From: Octopus sinensis
Taxonomy: Eukaryota
Reading direction: 5' to 3'
Length of the DNA: 64,000 nt
Assembly (NCBI RefSeq): GCF_006345805.1
Contig: NC_043001.1
Location: 92,380,001-92,444,000, forward strand
Position 1 is the first letter of the stretch, and each line of letters opens with the position of its first letter. A program made the translations under genes and the position numbers. The notes beneath the pieces are model-generated. The model was not told the DNA's origin, ran no database searches, and saw only the letters and a program-made list of their open reading frames with translations. Shown in pieces: positions 13,603 to 27,619 of this stretch.

Positions 13603-13698
13603 CATTTCCCCCCCTGATGATAGGGGCATTCCTTCAAAGTGAATCGTAAGATTTTCATGTATTCTCAGAATGGACCCTTGAAACGATCGTAGAAATAT
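13603..13698 (+). ncRNA. Minimal type I hammerhead ribozyme-like motif in the Penelope 3' repeat
   Basis: atttc(c)n-CTGATGA-t-agggg cattc...gaatg..ccctt-GAAAC-gatc-GTA-gaaat: core boxes plus a palindromic loop III. Confidence 0.5.
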
Positions 13699-14089
13699 TT
13701 CTTTTCATTTAAGTACGATACCAAAAACTATTTTTAAACATTTATTACTCCCTGCATCCCATAATTTTTTAACGAATTGTCTTTCTATATTATATTATAT
13801 TATCCTCATCTATATTTTTATCCATACTCCATTTCATTCATATATGTATATATTTATTTCTCTTTGCATATTTTTAACATTCATATATATTAAAATATTT
13901 CTATAACTATATTTTGAATGTATTAATATATGTTTTAGACGATTCTTTTTATTAAATCCGTATATGTATACACCAGTCGTAGTCTGCCTGATTGAACTTC
14001 CTTGTATCTCCCGAATTTATCTAGCGTCTCTGGTTTGACTCGAGCACTTCCATTATTTCTATGATTTTCTAAAGAAAATTTATAATTAC

Positions 14090-14154
<65 letters not shown>

Positions 14155-14161
14155 TACATAT

Positions 14162-14203
<42 letters not shown>

Positions 14204-14361
14204 GAGAGAGAGATAGATAGATAGATAGATACATACATACTACATACATACATACATACATACATACATACATACATACATACATACATACATAAATACA
14301 TACATACATATATATATTATATATGTATATATATATATGTTATATATATATGTATATATAT

Positions 14362-14407
<46 letters not shown>

Positions 14408-14422
14408 TATATATATATGTAC

Positions 14423-14465
<43 letters not shown>

Positions 14466-14543
14466 TATATACATGTATATATATATATAACACACTATAT
14501 ATACATATATATTTACACGTATATATATATACATACATATATA

Positions 14544-14598
<55 letters not shown>

Positions 14599-14660
14599 TA
14601 TTATATATATATATATATACATATATATAAACATATATTATACATATACATATATACTTT
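14090..14660. repeat. Compound (TA)n/(TACA)n/(GATA)n microsatellite
   Basis: Directly visible. Confidence 0.9.
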
Positions 14661-17147
14661 GATACTTTGATACTTTGATAGGTTTCGGCCATTATTGCCC
14701 AGGCCATGTCTAACTTAATAGCACCACCTGGTGAAGTCTTTCAAGTCAGTTTGGGCACTATGGCCCACTCAAGTAGAGAGTTATTGTTTACAGAGACATA
14801 TCCGGTGTAGGGGGTTTATCCGGGATTTCTTGAAGGAATCTGTCCAAAGACTTCTTGAACCCTATAGGGTCAGTTTCTGTTTTAATGTGTTTTGGTGTAA
14901 TGTTAAAGAGAGCGGGGCCAATTGAGGTGAAATAATTGTGCCGTATTGTTGTTATGAGATGAGAGTGCGATTTTTGTTTTGGGCGGATGGCACGGGGCCC
15001 AAGCCTTGGATGTACCTTAAAGGTGATGCCAACATCATTTGGGCAATGCTGATGGAATATTTTCCACATCATGCAGATGATGTAGCGCTCACGACGACGT
15101 TGGAGAGAATAGAGTTTTAGCTTTTCTAGTCGACCCCAATAGTCGAGGCCTGTCATGCCATCTATCTTTTTTGTGATTGCCCTTTGAGGTGCTTCAACTT
15201 TTATGATACCTTGTATTGTGTGGGGAGACCACAGTGGACAACAGTATTCAAGGTGGGGTCGGGCAAAAGTGGAGAAGAGAAGGATAATGGTGTGGATATC
15301 TCTCGACTGGAAAGTTCTGAGAATCCAGGAACACATTCTGCGGGCCATGTCAACTTTGGTGTTTATATGAGTGGCCCAGCTTATGTTGTTGTCCACAATT
15401 ACTCCCAAGTCTCTGATGTTGTTGGACGCCGCGAGAGTTTCACCTGAAGGAAGGGAGTATGGGAGTTTCAGGGCATCCTCTTTTCCAAAGTGGATTAACT
15501 CAAATTTATCCTCGTTCAGCAGCATATTGTTTTTTTTTCTGCCCATTGGATAACAGCCAGTAGATCTGACTGAAGGCATGTCCGGTCACTCGCCTCATTT
15601 ATGACCTTCTGTAGCTTGGAGTCATCTGCAAAGATTTTTATGTTGCTGTGCTTGATGATGTCATTAATGTCATTAATGTAAATGATGAAAAGAAGTGGGC
15701 CCAGCACAGTGCCTTGCGGAACGCCACTACTGACTTTGGCTGGGCTTGATTTTACCCCTTCAACTACAACATGTTGAGATCTGTCTGTCAGGAAACACTT
15801 GATCCATTTCAGTAACTTTCCAGAGACACCAATGTTGGATAGTTTTTTCAATAGGATCTTGTGATCGACCCTGTCGAAGGCCTTACTGAAATCAAGGTAG
15901 ATGACATCGGTGTTGGAGCCCTCTCCCAAAGCTCTCAAAATGTCCTCAAAGTGATGCAGGAGCTGCGTTAGGCAGACCCTTCCATTACGGAACCCATGTT
16001 GGTTGGAGATCAGCCGTCTGTTGCTTTCCAGAAATTGGGTTATTCGAGATCTCACCACCCTCTCAAATACCTTGATGATATGAGAGGTGAGTGAGATCGG
16101 ACGGTAGTTCACTGCAAGGGACTTGTTTCCTTTTTGAAAACTGGGACAACAGACTGGGACAGAAGGTTTTTTGGAATATAGCCAGCATCCAGTGAGTTTC
16201 TCCACAGATTAGCAAGGGGAGATGCAAGTTGGTGTCGACACACTTCAGGACACAAGCAGGGAACCTATCGGGGCCTACTGCTGAATTGTGTTTTATTTCG
16301 TTTATCGCCGCTAAGACATCAGGGGCACTAAACGTTATGTCCGATATAGTGTGTTGGGGGTTGACATCACTGATACAGCCCAGATCGGCCATATCAGGAT
16401 TGCTGAAAACAGAGCAGTATTGTTTCTGCTAGTATCTCGGCCGGCCATGGATTTGGCGTTATCTTGGAGAGTGCCAGTTTCATCAATTAGAGGGCCAACA
16501 ATGGAGACAGTGACCCTGCGTTTCCTCGCAAATGAAAGAACACTTGGGTTTGAGTTTGATTTTTTCAATGGCCCACTTCTCCTCAGCTGATCTTTGGTTA
16601 TTGATGAGGGTCTTCATGCATTGTTGGAGGTTATATTTTTTGGATTCAAGCAGTGCGATAGCCGTCGAATGTGTGTGTTGCTGTTGGCAGTACTTTAGTT
16701 TGTTAATTTTTTTGTTTGTTCTTTTTTTTTTTCTGATAATGGTTTTTCTGTTTTGGGGGATTCTGCACTTTTTGTTCACAGGTCTTGGTGGGGAGTGTTT
16801 TGCACATATGTCTGTGACGGTGTCTACAAAGATCTGCCAAGATGTTTTATGGTTGGTGGAGATGTGTGTATGTGTAAAGGACCAGTCAACATGTGATAGC
16901 TCGTTCCTGATTGCATCCCAGTTGGCATTATGGAGATCCATGTTGTCAAATGGGTGGGCTGGAGGGAGGTCACTAGGATTAGCTTTCGGCTGGTGGAATT
17001 TCATGTTACAGAGAACCATGTCATGGTCTGAAAGAAGGGTTTTTTCCACTGTAACGTTATGTATAGTGTTAGTGTGGTTACTAAACACTAGGTCCAAAAT
17101 GTTCTGATGTCTTGTTGGTGCAAGGACAAGTTGGGACAAGAAAAACT
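14660..17147 (-). mobile_element. CR1/L2-group LINE, 5'-truncated (RT and 3' end)
   Basis: NYRPISLT, YLDFSKAFDRVDH, GVPQGTVLGPLLF, FADD; tail (TCAAAGTA)n. Confidence 0.9.
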
Positions 17148-17194
17148 CATTCGTAAAGTCGAAAATATATATATATATATATATATGTTATATA

Positions 17195-17227
<33 letters not shown>

Positions 17228-17380
17228 ATATCGAAGGGGAGTTAATTCGCCTGTCCATGGCTTTAAGGTGTTTTAACACCGCCGACATGAGCGTTATATA
17301 CACCGCTATGACATTGAAGCCACCGGAAAATACAGAAGCATATATGTATATGTTATATATATATATATGTTATATATATG

Positions 17381-17418
<38 letters not shown>

Positions 17419-17552
17419 ATACATATATATATACAATATATATATAATGTAGTATATATATTACGTGTATATATATATGTATATATATATATAAATATAC
17501 ATATATATATATATACATATATATAAACGTATATATATAATATACAATATAC

Positions 17553-17587
<35 letters not shown>

Positions 17588-17850
17588 GATATATATATAT
17601 ATATATATAATACATATATATATATTATATAATATATATATATATTCTATATATATATATAATATTATATATATAATATATATGTATGTATGTATATATC
17701 GAAGGGATTAAATTCGCCTGTCCATTGCTTTAAGGTGTTTTAACACCGCCGACATGAGCGTTATATACACCGCTATGCCATTGAAGCCACCGGAAAATAC
17801 AAAGCATATACATTGGTATATGTATTTAAACAGTATATATATATATATAT

Positions 17851-17888
<38 letters not shown>

Positions 17889-17902
17889 TATAATAGATAT
17901 AT

Positions 17903-17950
<48 letters not shown>

Positions 17951-18049
17951 TATATATTATATACATATATATATGTGTATATACATATATATATATATAT
18001 AATATATATATACATATATATACATATATATATATATGTTTATATATCA

Positions 18050-21000
18050 TCCTGAAGCTGAGACGATAAGACGTGTTTTTACTCCTCTCTGCGCCGGTCA
18101 GCAGCAAGCTTCACAGCTACATTCGTCGTAATTGACCATCACATATATTCCTGTATATTTGAAACCACGCTTTTTCCCAACTCGTGAGTAGACTTTTCCT
18201 TAACCACAAACTATTTTCATAATTTTCAAACGACCAAATATTTTCAAACACCTTCTGATAACTAAAGGATCACCCACACATTAAAAATTAGAAAAAGAGG
18301 GGAAAAAAAGAAAAGAAAATAAAGATAAAATAACTACAAGCTCATAATTCAAATACAAACTTCTCAGTATTACAGCAAACATTCTGTACAATCAATTCTA
18401 CATACTTCTCCTTAAAAAAAAAAAATAAATAAATAAATAAAATAAAATAAAATAAAATAATCAAAAGTAATCAACAAAACAAACGAACAAAATAAAATTT
18501 AATAAAACATATCAACCAGAATGGCTAGCCACCAAAAATCCAACAAAAACTGGTCTGAAAATGAAGTCGACGTTCTCATCAACACATGGCATGGCCTTAC
18601 CGAAACAGAGAGCATAGGTGCTTCGTATCTGAACGAAATTGCTAAACGAGCAGTTCACCATTTGCAAACTCGATCTGAACAGCAGATACAAAATAAATTA
18701 AAACAAATCGAAGTTGCTTTTAAATTAATAAATAAACACTTCGATAAACTGAGATGTGTTTTCTCTTCCAACGCATCACCGGCGCAACAACAACAACCTC
18801 AACAACAACAAACTCAGCGGCAACAACAACAACAACAGCTACAGCAACAACAACAACTTCAGCAGCAACAACCTCACAGCGGCAACAACAACAACAACTC
18901 AACACAAACTCAGCGGCAACAACAACAAAGATACAGCAACAACAACAGGATGAACCACTCCTCGATTCATCTACAATGGCCGATTTGCTAAATGAAACGA
19001 TTGACCCCCCAGTCATCAGGGTCACACAGCAGGAAGCACCACCCCTTCCTTTCACTGCCCCAGCAGCTCAATCATCATCATTGTCAACACCATCTCCTCT
19101 GCTTACTACTACTAGTACAACTCCAAAACATCTTTGTCTTGGAATCGACCTCCTCAATCATTACCACTGTCAACATCTCTTCTACCTACTACTACTACTA
19201 CAACTACTACTACTAATGCTATCTCAAGGAATTTACCTCCTACAGGTCACAAAGGTCGCCAAAACTTCAACAAACTATCATCTACACCTTTCACAACTCA
19301 CACACACACACGCACCTACACACCCACTCGAAACCCCATCATTTGCCGATATTCTCTTCGCCATAGACTGTGCACTGATAGAGACTGCAAATTCACCCAT
19401 TTACCTGGAACAAAACGCTCTATCCCCACAAACTACAACAGCAACCACCATAATACAACACCACCACAACCACCAATATCTCAAACAAGGAATCCCCAAA
19501 TCTGCCGCTATTCCCAGCGAGACAGATTGTGTCTGCACAGGATTGCCCCTTTACCCATCTCCCGGGGACTCGTCGGACATTTAAAGATAACCACTCACAT
19601 AAAAATAGCCGCGGCCACAGTCACCTGCGGTTCCCTAGACAGGAACCACCTCTTCTTCCTCTTTTTTAGCTATGATGAATCTAGCAAAAGAACTGGAAAA
19701 AAACATCCGAGCTATCACCCACCACCATCCACCACAAATACCCCACTGCACATGCCATTAAAAAGCAATCAAATAAACAAATCACCAAAACAATTAAAAC
19801 CATCCACTCTCGCCTCAACATTTCTGCTTAATGCCCAAGGCATCAGCCCTTCCACCAATACACAAAAATGGAAGATAAGATTCCTGGAGGACTGGGTCGA
19901 GGCCCATCCAAACCACATCCCTTTCTTCGTCCTCACTGAAACCCATCTTAGTGACCTCCACTTGGAAGCCGAGGTGAAAGTTAAAAATTTCAAAACCATT
20001 CGTGCTGATCGTGCTGGCAGAAGAAAGGGTGGGACTGCCATTTATGTCCATGATTCATTCTCAACAGAAGCCATGAACATATTTTCGAATGGATACTGCG
20101 AAGCAGTCGCTGTATTCAGTCAAACCAACAACTTAACAGTAGTTGGGCTCTACAGACCACCCCAAACGCCCCTACCATGCTTCAAGGAATGCCTCAACAG
20201 CATAAAGTGTTTCATTCAGCAGTGTCAACCTGACAACATTTTAATGATGGGAGACTTCAACCTTCCCGGGGTTGACTGGTCTACAAACAGTCTGCCGCCA
20301 GGTTCTTCTCTCTCAACCCCTGACAGGGAGGCAATGGAATCGCTTCTTGACTTCATGGATGACTTCTTCTTGTCCAACTGGTACTCGAACCAACGAGATG
20401 TTACAAAAACGTCTTAGACTTAATTTTCAGCAATCACACTGATACTATCCACAATATTGCAGTGGAGAAAACCCTACTCTCCGACCATGACATGGTTCTC
20501 TGTGATCTGAGATTTCACCGGCCAAAATGCAAAACAAATGTCATCCCTCCTGTTCATCCATTTGACACTATGGATTTCCACAATGCAAACTGGGAAGCGA
20601 TCAATAATGATCTTGCAAAAGTCGATTGGTCCTTCACGCACACATACACACCCACTAACATTAAAAAGTCCTGGCAGTCACTTGTAGACACCATCACGAA
20701 CATATGTGCAAGACACACCCCATTAAGATCTGCAAACAAATCTAAGTGTCGAATCCCTAGAAATAGAAAATCTCTCATAAGGAAAATTAAAAGAATCAAC
20801 AAAACAGCAACACACCAACCTGACTGCCATCTCGTCGCTAGAGATTAAAAAACATAAACTCCAAAACAACATGATGTCTATCATCAATAGTCAGCGAAGA
20901 GCTGAAGAGGCCTGGGCCATTGAGAAGATCAAACTCAATCCCAAAGTGTTCTTTTCATTTGCAAAAAAACACAGAGTCACTGGTTCTACTGTTGGCCCTC

Positions 21001-22795
21001 TGATTGATGAAAATGGTACTCTTCAAGACAATGCCAAAACCATGGGAGAGATATTGCAGAAACAATATTGCTCTGTTTTCAGCAATCCTGATATGACTGA
21101 TCTGGGCTGTATCAGTGATGTTACTCCCCAATACACTTTATCGCATAACATTTGGCGCTCCTGATGTCTTAGCAGCAATAAAGGAAATGAAGCATAATTC
21201 AGCAGTAGGTCCCGATAGGTTCCCTGCTTGTGTCTTGAAGAAGATGTGTCAAAACCAACTTGCACTCCCTCTAGCCAATCTGTGGCGGAACTCACTGGAT
21301 GCTGGATATATACCAGAGGACCTTCTATCCCAGTCTGTTGTCCCAGTTTTCAAAAAAGGAAACAAATCGCTTGCCGTGAATTACCGTCCAATCTCACTCA
21401 CCTCTCATATCATCAAGGTATTTGAGAGGGTGCTGAGATCGCGTATGACTCACTTCCTTGAGAGGCATAATATGCTGAACCCCAACCAGCATGGATTCGT
21501 AATGGGAGAGATTGCCTGACGCAGCTACTGCATCATTTTGATGACATTTTGAGAGCCTTGGGAGAAGGTTCCAACACTGATGTCATCTACCTTGATTTCA
21601 GCAAGGCCTTTGACAGGGTTGATCATAAGATCCTTCTGAGAAAGCTGTCCAATATTGGTGTCACTGGAAAGTTGCTGCAGTGGATCAAGTGCTTCCTGTC
21701 TAACAGAACCAACATGTTGTAGTCGAAGGAGTCAAATCCAGCCCAGCCAAAGTCAGCAGTGGTGTCCCACAAGGCACTGTGTTGGGCCCACTTCTCTTCA
21801 TCATCTACATAAATGTATTACTGATACCATCAAACACAGTAACATCAGAACCTTCGCTGATGACTCCAAGCTCCAGAAGGTCATCAATGGCGTGGATGAC
21901 CGAATAAACCTTCAGTCAGACCTACTGGCTGTTGTCCAATGGGCGGAAAAGAATAACATGTTGCTAAATGAAGACAAATTTGAACTGATCCACTTTGGAA
22001 GGGAGGACGCTCTGAAACTCCCATACTCTCTTCCTTCTGGAGAAATTCTCATGGCATCCAACAACATCAGAGACCTGGGAGTAACAGTGGACAACACATA
22101 AGTGGGCTACACATATAAGCAGCAAAGTTGACATGGCCCGCAGAATGTGTTCCTGGATTCTCAGAACTTCAGTCGAAGATTCCCACGCTATTATCCTTCC
22201 TTCTCCACTTTGCCCGACCCCACCTTGAATACTGCTGTCCACTGTGGTCTCCCTACACAAAACAAAATATTATGCATTGAAGCTCCCCAGAGGTCAATCA
22301 CAAAAAAGATAGATGGCATGTCAGACCTTGACTACTAGACTAGGAAGCTGAAATTGTATTCACTTACGACGCCGTGAACGCTACTATCTGTATGATGGAA
22401 ATATTCCACCAGCACTGTCCGAATGATGTGGCATCACTTCAAAACATCCAAGGCTTGGACCACGTGCATCCGTCCAAACAAAAATCTAAATCGCATCACA
22501 TAACGACACGGCACAACTATTTCACCTCAATTGGACCTGCTCTCTTCAACATTACACAGGGCACGTCAAAAAAGAAACTGACCACACAAAATTCAAGAAG
22601 TCTTCGGACAAATTCCTTCAAACAGTACCGGACAAACCACCCACACCCGGATATGTCTCCGCAAACAATAACTCTCTGCTCGAATGGGCCTTGGTGCCCA
22701 AATCCTGAACTGAAAGACTTCACCAGGTGGTGCTATTAAGTTAGACATGGCCTGGGCCAATAGTGGCCAAAACCTTTCTAAGTTATTCTAAGTTA
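18050..22795 (+). mobile_element. Near full-length CR1/L2-group LINE (ORF1, APE endonuclease, RT), frameshifted
   Basis: ORF1 from ATG 18521. APE motifs LNAQGI, LTETHL, GGTAIYV, YRPP, MGDFNLP, SDH; RT motifs; tail (TTCTAAGTTA)2. Confidence 0.9.
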
Positions 22796-23356
22796 TATAC
22801 ATGTATATATATATATATACAAACATGCAGTGAACGACAGATGGATAGTAATGTTTTCATATTCGTATGTGTATGTCTGCTCGTGTATAAGTATATGGCT
22901 ACATTCATACGCTGCGAAATTCGCCTAGAGAGATCATATTCTATGTATATCTATATATACATGTTAAGTAGGACATACGGATTTCCAATGGATGTTTATC
23001 CTGCTTCGGTTGCTAATAATTGCTTTTTTTAATAAGCATGCTGACTATTTTTGACATCAGTGACTGGCGTCACTTATATTGTATATATCAGTGGATTTCT
23101 CTGGTATGCAGTGAGCAAACGTCTGTCACTGAGGAGGCGCATTTCGCTAATATCACGTCATCTGACTGTTCCAGTACCCATGCTACACGGCTCTGGTTTG
23201 CTACCGATATGTCTGTTGTTCGCCCCGTACGTGTATGTGAGAGGATTTTTCAGTGCGAAAACCACAGTATTTGGTGTTCTTATGCCCATACTGAGTAGGA
23301 TATAAATATTGGCATTGCTTTTAAGACGACTTTCATTGTAAATATGTATGTTTATA

Positions 23357-23417
<61 letters not shown>

Positions 23418-23554
23418 TATATATATATGAACTAATTGCGTGGCAATTTTTAACATCTATGTATTAGTCTTGTTGGGTACCTCTCTAGCAGTATATTGGA
23501 TATATGTTATCCCATGGTGGGTTGAATTTTCAACCCCTATCTCATTTTATAACC

Positions 23555-23606
<52 letters not shown>

Positions 23607-24534
23607 CACACACACACATACACACACACGCACACATATATATATATATATATATATAGGCGCAGGAGTGGCTGTATGGTACGTAGCTTGCTTACCAAAC
23701 TCATTGTTCCGGGTTCATTCCCACTGCGTCGCACCTCGGGCTGACCAAAGCCTTGTCAGTGGATTTGGTTGAAGGAAACTGAAAGAAGCCCGTCGTATAT
23801 ATGATTATATATATATTATAATATATATATATGTTTGTGTGTTTGTGTTTGTCTCCCCATCATCGTTTGACAACCGATGGTGGTGTATTTGCGTCTCCGT
23901 AACTTAGCGTATCGGCAAAAGGGACCCGATAGCATAAGTACTAGGCTTACAAAGAATCTGTCCTGGAGTCGATTTGCTCGACTAAAGACGGTACTCCAGC
24001 ATGGCCGCAGTCAAATGACTGAAACAAGTATAAGAGTACATATATTATATCATGTTATATTATATTATATTATATTATATTATATTATATTGTATTAAAT
24101 TATATTATATTATATTGTCATATAACATACACATGCAAACACACAAAGATTTATATGTTCTTTTATTTGTTTCAGTCATTTGACTTCGGCCATGCTGGAA
24201 CACTGCCTTTAGTCGAACAAATCGACCCCACGACTTATTCTTCGTAAGCCTAGTACTTATTTTATCGCTCTCTTTTGCCAAACAACTAAGTTACGGGGAC
24301 GTAAATACACCACCATCGGTTGTCAAGCGATGATGGGGGGGGGACAATCACAGACACACAAACATACATACACACATACATATATAAATATATATACGAC
24401 AGGCTTCTTTCAGTTTCCGTCAACCAAATCCACTCACAAGGCTTTGGTCGGACCGAGGCTATAGTAGAAGACACTTGCCCAAGGTGCGACGCAGTGGGAC
24501 TGAACCCGGGACCAAGTGGTTGGTAAACCAACAA

Positions 24535-25132
24535 ATATCAAGGGGTTATGTTTGTAGAGGCCACAGCCCATAGAGAACTAGCCCATAGATTTAGAAAATC
24601 TCTGAAGGGCGCTAAATTTAACGTTAAGGTCGTTGAAAAGCCAGCGAGCTCCATCAGATCACAACTATGTAGGTCGTATCCCTTTGAGAATACCACATTC
24701 ACCAGTGATAACTGCATGGTATGTAAGATTAACCCTGGCATTAACTGTAGAACGAGAAGCGTAGTCTACAGCATAATGTACATAGAGGGTGCTTGTAAAG
24801 ACAAGAACGGAATATACATAGCTGAGACATTTGGGATCATTGCGCATAGACTAAATGAAAATCTTAGACAATATGGCGATAAAAGAAAACAATCTTCCAT
24901 ACTCTACCAACATGCCAAAGACCAACATGCCAAAGACCAACATGCCAAAGACCAACATGCCAAAGACCAACATGCCAAAGACCAACATGCCAAAGACCAA
25001 CATGAAGGCGCACTGTGTCAACCTGTCTTTCGCATTTCATTCAAGCACTCGAAGGACCCAATACTCAAACAAGTACAAGAGAACGTCATCATTTATGAAA
25101 TATCCTCAGTACGAAATAGGGAATATGCATAG
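24535..25132 (+). mobile_element. Penelope-like GIY-YIG 3' fragment with a 15-bp tandem repeat
   Basis: VVYSI..C..IYIAET..HRLNE; (CCAACATGCCAAAGA)x6 at ~24907-25003. Confidence 0.75.
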
Positions 25133-25436
25133 TCATACCGCAATACTCACAGTCGAGCACAAACACACACATACATACATACAAATGAGGATTGAAGCAC
25201 CTGACCACATACACACAAGCACACTTCACACAAGGACACATATGGAGACGCACATCCATACATAACAGACGCACACATATAGGCACACAAACACACACAT
25301 GGGCACACTCAAACATGCTCACACAAGGAGTCTGAGGAACATATAGACACACACACAAACACACACACACTAATATGAACACACCAGCATCTTGCTATGC
25401 AAAATACGTACATACATATAAACGTGCACACATGCT

Positions 25437-25510
<74 letters not shown>

Positions 25511-25670
25511 ATATATATATATATAATATATATATATATATACATATGTATACATACACACATACATGCGTACACACAAACACGCAGAGTACATACATAC
25601 ATATATATAAACAAACGTCCACAGATGCATAATTACATGTATTTGCATACCTACACACAATATGCATACA

Positions 25671-25900
25671 CGGCGAGCTGGCAGAAACGTTAGCACGCCG
25701 GGCGAAATGCTTAGCGGTATTTCGTCTGCCGTTACGTTCTGAGTTCAAATCCGCCAAGGTCGACTTTGCCTTTCATACTTTCGGGGTCGATAAATAAAGT
25801 ACCAGTTACGCACTGGAGTCGATGTAATCGACTTAATCCGTTTGTCTGTCCTTGTTTATCCCGTCTATGTTTAGCCCCTTGTGGGCAATAAAGAAATATA
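25671..25900 (+). mobile_element. SINE-A
   Basis: Matches 7041-7260. Other copies at 26740-27285 (-), 38425-38652 (-), 44813-45045, 46165-46390, 55331-55562, 56380-57325 and 59800-60150 (-). Confidence 0.85.
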
Positions 25901-26345
25901 CATACATGCATATGTGTATGCACACGCACACTGACGCACACGCATGTATACACAAAAAAGGACGCAATTCCTAATGTACAGTGTCAACTACTACTGAAAA
26001 GGTTGCAAGTCGCAACGAAGATTTTAGTAAAAATAAATAAGTAAATGAGTGGAAATCGGTGAGTGTGTTAAATTAATAAGGCACAAAATACAAGAGAATT
26101 ACTCTCTCCAGACACAATAAGATATGCTTCAACACACGAAATCACATAAAGAATCTTGCAAACCAAATACAAAAACGAAATTGTGTGGTAAGTAGCTTGC
26201 TTACGAAGCACATGTTTTCGGGTTCAGTCCCACTGCATGACACCTTGAGCAAGTGTCTTCTACTATAGCCTCAGGCATCCAAAGCCTTGTGAGTGGATTT
26301 GGTAGATGGAAACTGAAAGAAGCCTGTCGTATATATGTACATATG

Positions 26346-26422
<77 letters not shown>

Positions 26423-27289
26423 GTGTGTGTGTGTGTGTGTACGCATGTTTGCCCCCTCCCCACCAACATCGCTTGACAACCGATGGTGGTGTGTTTGCGT
26501 CCCCGTAACTTAGCGGTTTGGCAAAAAAGACCGATAGAATAAGTACTAAGGTTTACAAAGAATAAGTCCTGGGGTCGATTCGCTCGACTAAAGGTGGTAC
26601 TCCAGCATGGCCACAGTCACATGACTGAAACACGTAAAAGAGTAAGTTAATTCAAATATCTCGATAATAATGATTTTGGGGGGTTTGCATTAATGCAGAT
26701 ATGTAAGTAATATATTTATTATTGAATATAATAATTATTTCAAATTTTTGCCACCAGGGCAGCTTGTGGGAGGGGAAATGAGTCGATTACACCGACTCCA
26801 GTATTCAATTGGTACTTATTTTATCGACCCTGAAGGATGAAAGGGAAGTCGAAAACGGCAGATTCTGCTAACTCGCCGTTTTTTTTCTGTTTTACTCTAG
26901 ACACAAGGCTTGACATTTTGGGGGATGGGGGTCAGTCGATGAAATCGACCCCAGTACGTAACTGGTACTAAATTCATCGATCCCGAAAGGATGAAAGCCA
27001 AAGTCGACGTAGGTGGAGTTTGAACTCAGAACGTAAAGACAGACCAAATACCTATTTCTTTACTAACCACAAGGGGGGGCTAAACACAGAGAGGACAAAC
27101 AAGGACAGAAAAACGGATTAAGTCGATTACATCGACTCCAGTGCGTAACTGGTACTTAATTTATCGACCCCGAAAGGATGAAAGGCAAAGTCGACCTCGG
27201 CGGAATTTGAACTCAGAACGTAACGGCAGACCAAATACCACTAAGCATTTCGCCCGGCGTACTACCGTTTCTGCCAGCTTGCTGATTTA

Positions 27290-27619
27290 TTATTGAATAT
27301 GCTAATATATATTACGTGCAAAACGCCACCCCCCACGTCCAATGGACGGTGCTGAGTTGTCAAACATTTAAACACGTGCATTCTTCTCGCGTACGCGTAG
27401 TATCGATCGCAACAGCTGGTGTACTTGCGCGTACAAATGCACGTTCCTACGGCTTTATCGATGGCATTCTCATCGATTTTTGTAATTTTTTTCAAGACTT
27501 ATATACGCCCTGATACCGCCAGTATCTACATATCAAATTTGAGCGCAATCGGATGGAGGATGTCCGAGATCCTAGAAGACACACACACAAACAGACAGAA
27601 CGGATTTTATATAATAGAT
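27290..27619 (+). mobile_element. HINE/Helitron-like non-autonomous element
   Basis: Paralog at 42835-43245; subterminal caaatttgagcgcaatcgg, (ACAG)n, end ttttatataatagat. Confidence 0.6.

Larger units (their letters stand above)
9471..14020 (+). mobile_element. Degenerate Penelope-like element (RT + C-terminal GIY-YIG) with inverted terminal repeats; interrupted by a LINE-derived insert
   Basis: DKTGNIY, TLKDHKTNF..RLICPTKSHLGKISK, GLYRDDAL, NFLDVTLNL, NVIYKC..VYIGST. 9471-9765 is an inverted copy of ~13733-14020. Confidence 0.85.

Noticed and set aside
14317-14707. Many YIYI/IYIY, poly-Y, poly-I, poly-N and CVCV ORFs (also ~17.3-18.1, 25.3-25.7 and 61.9-62.3 kb)
   Set aside because: Translations of (TA)n, (TAA)n and (TG)n microsatellites; not genes.
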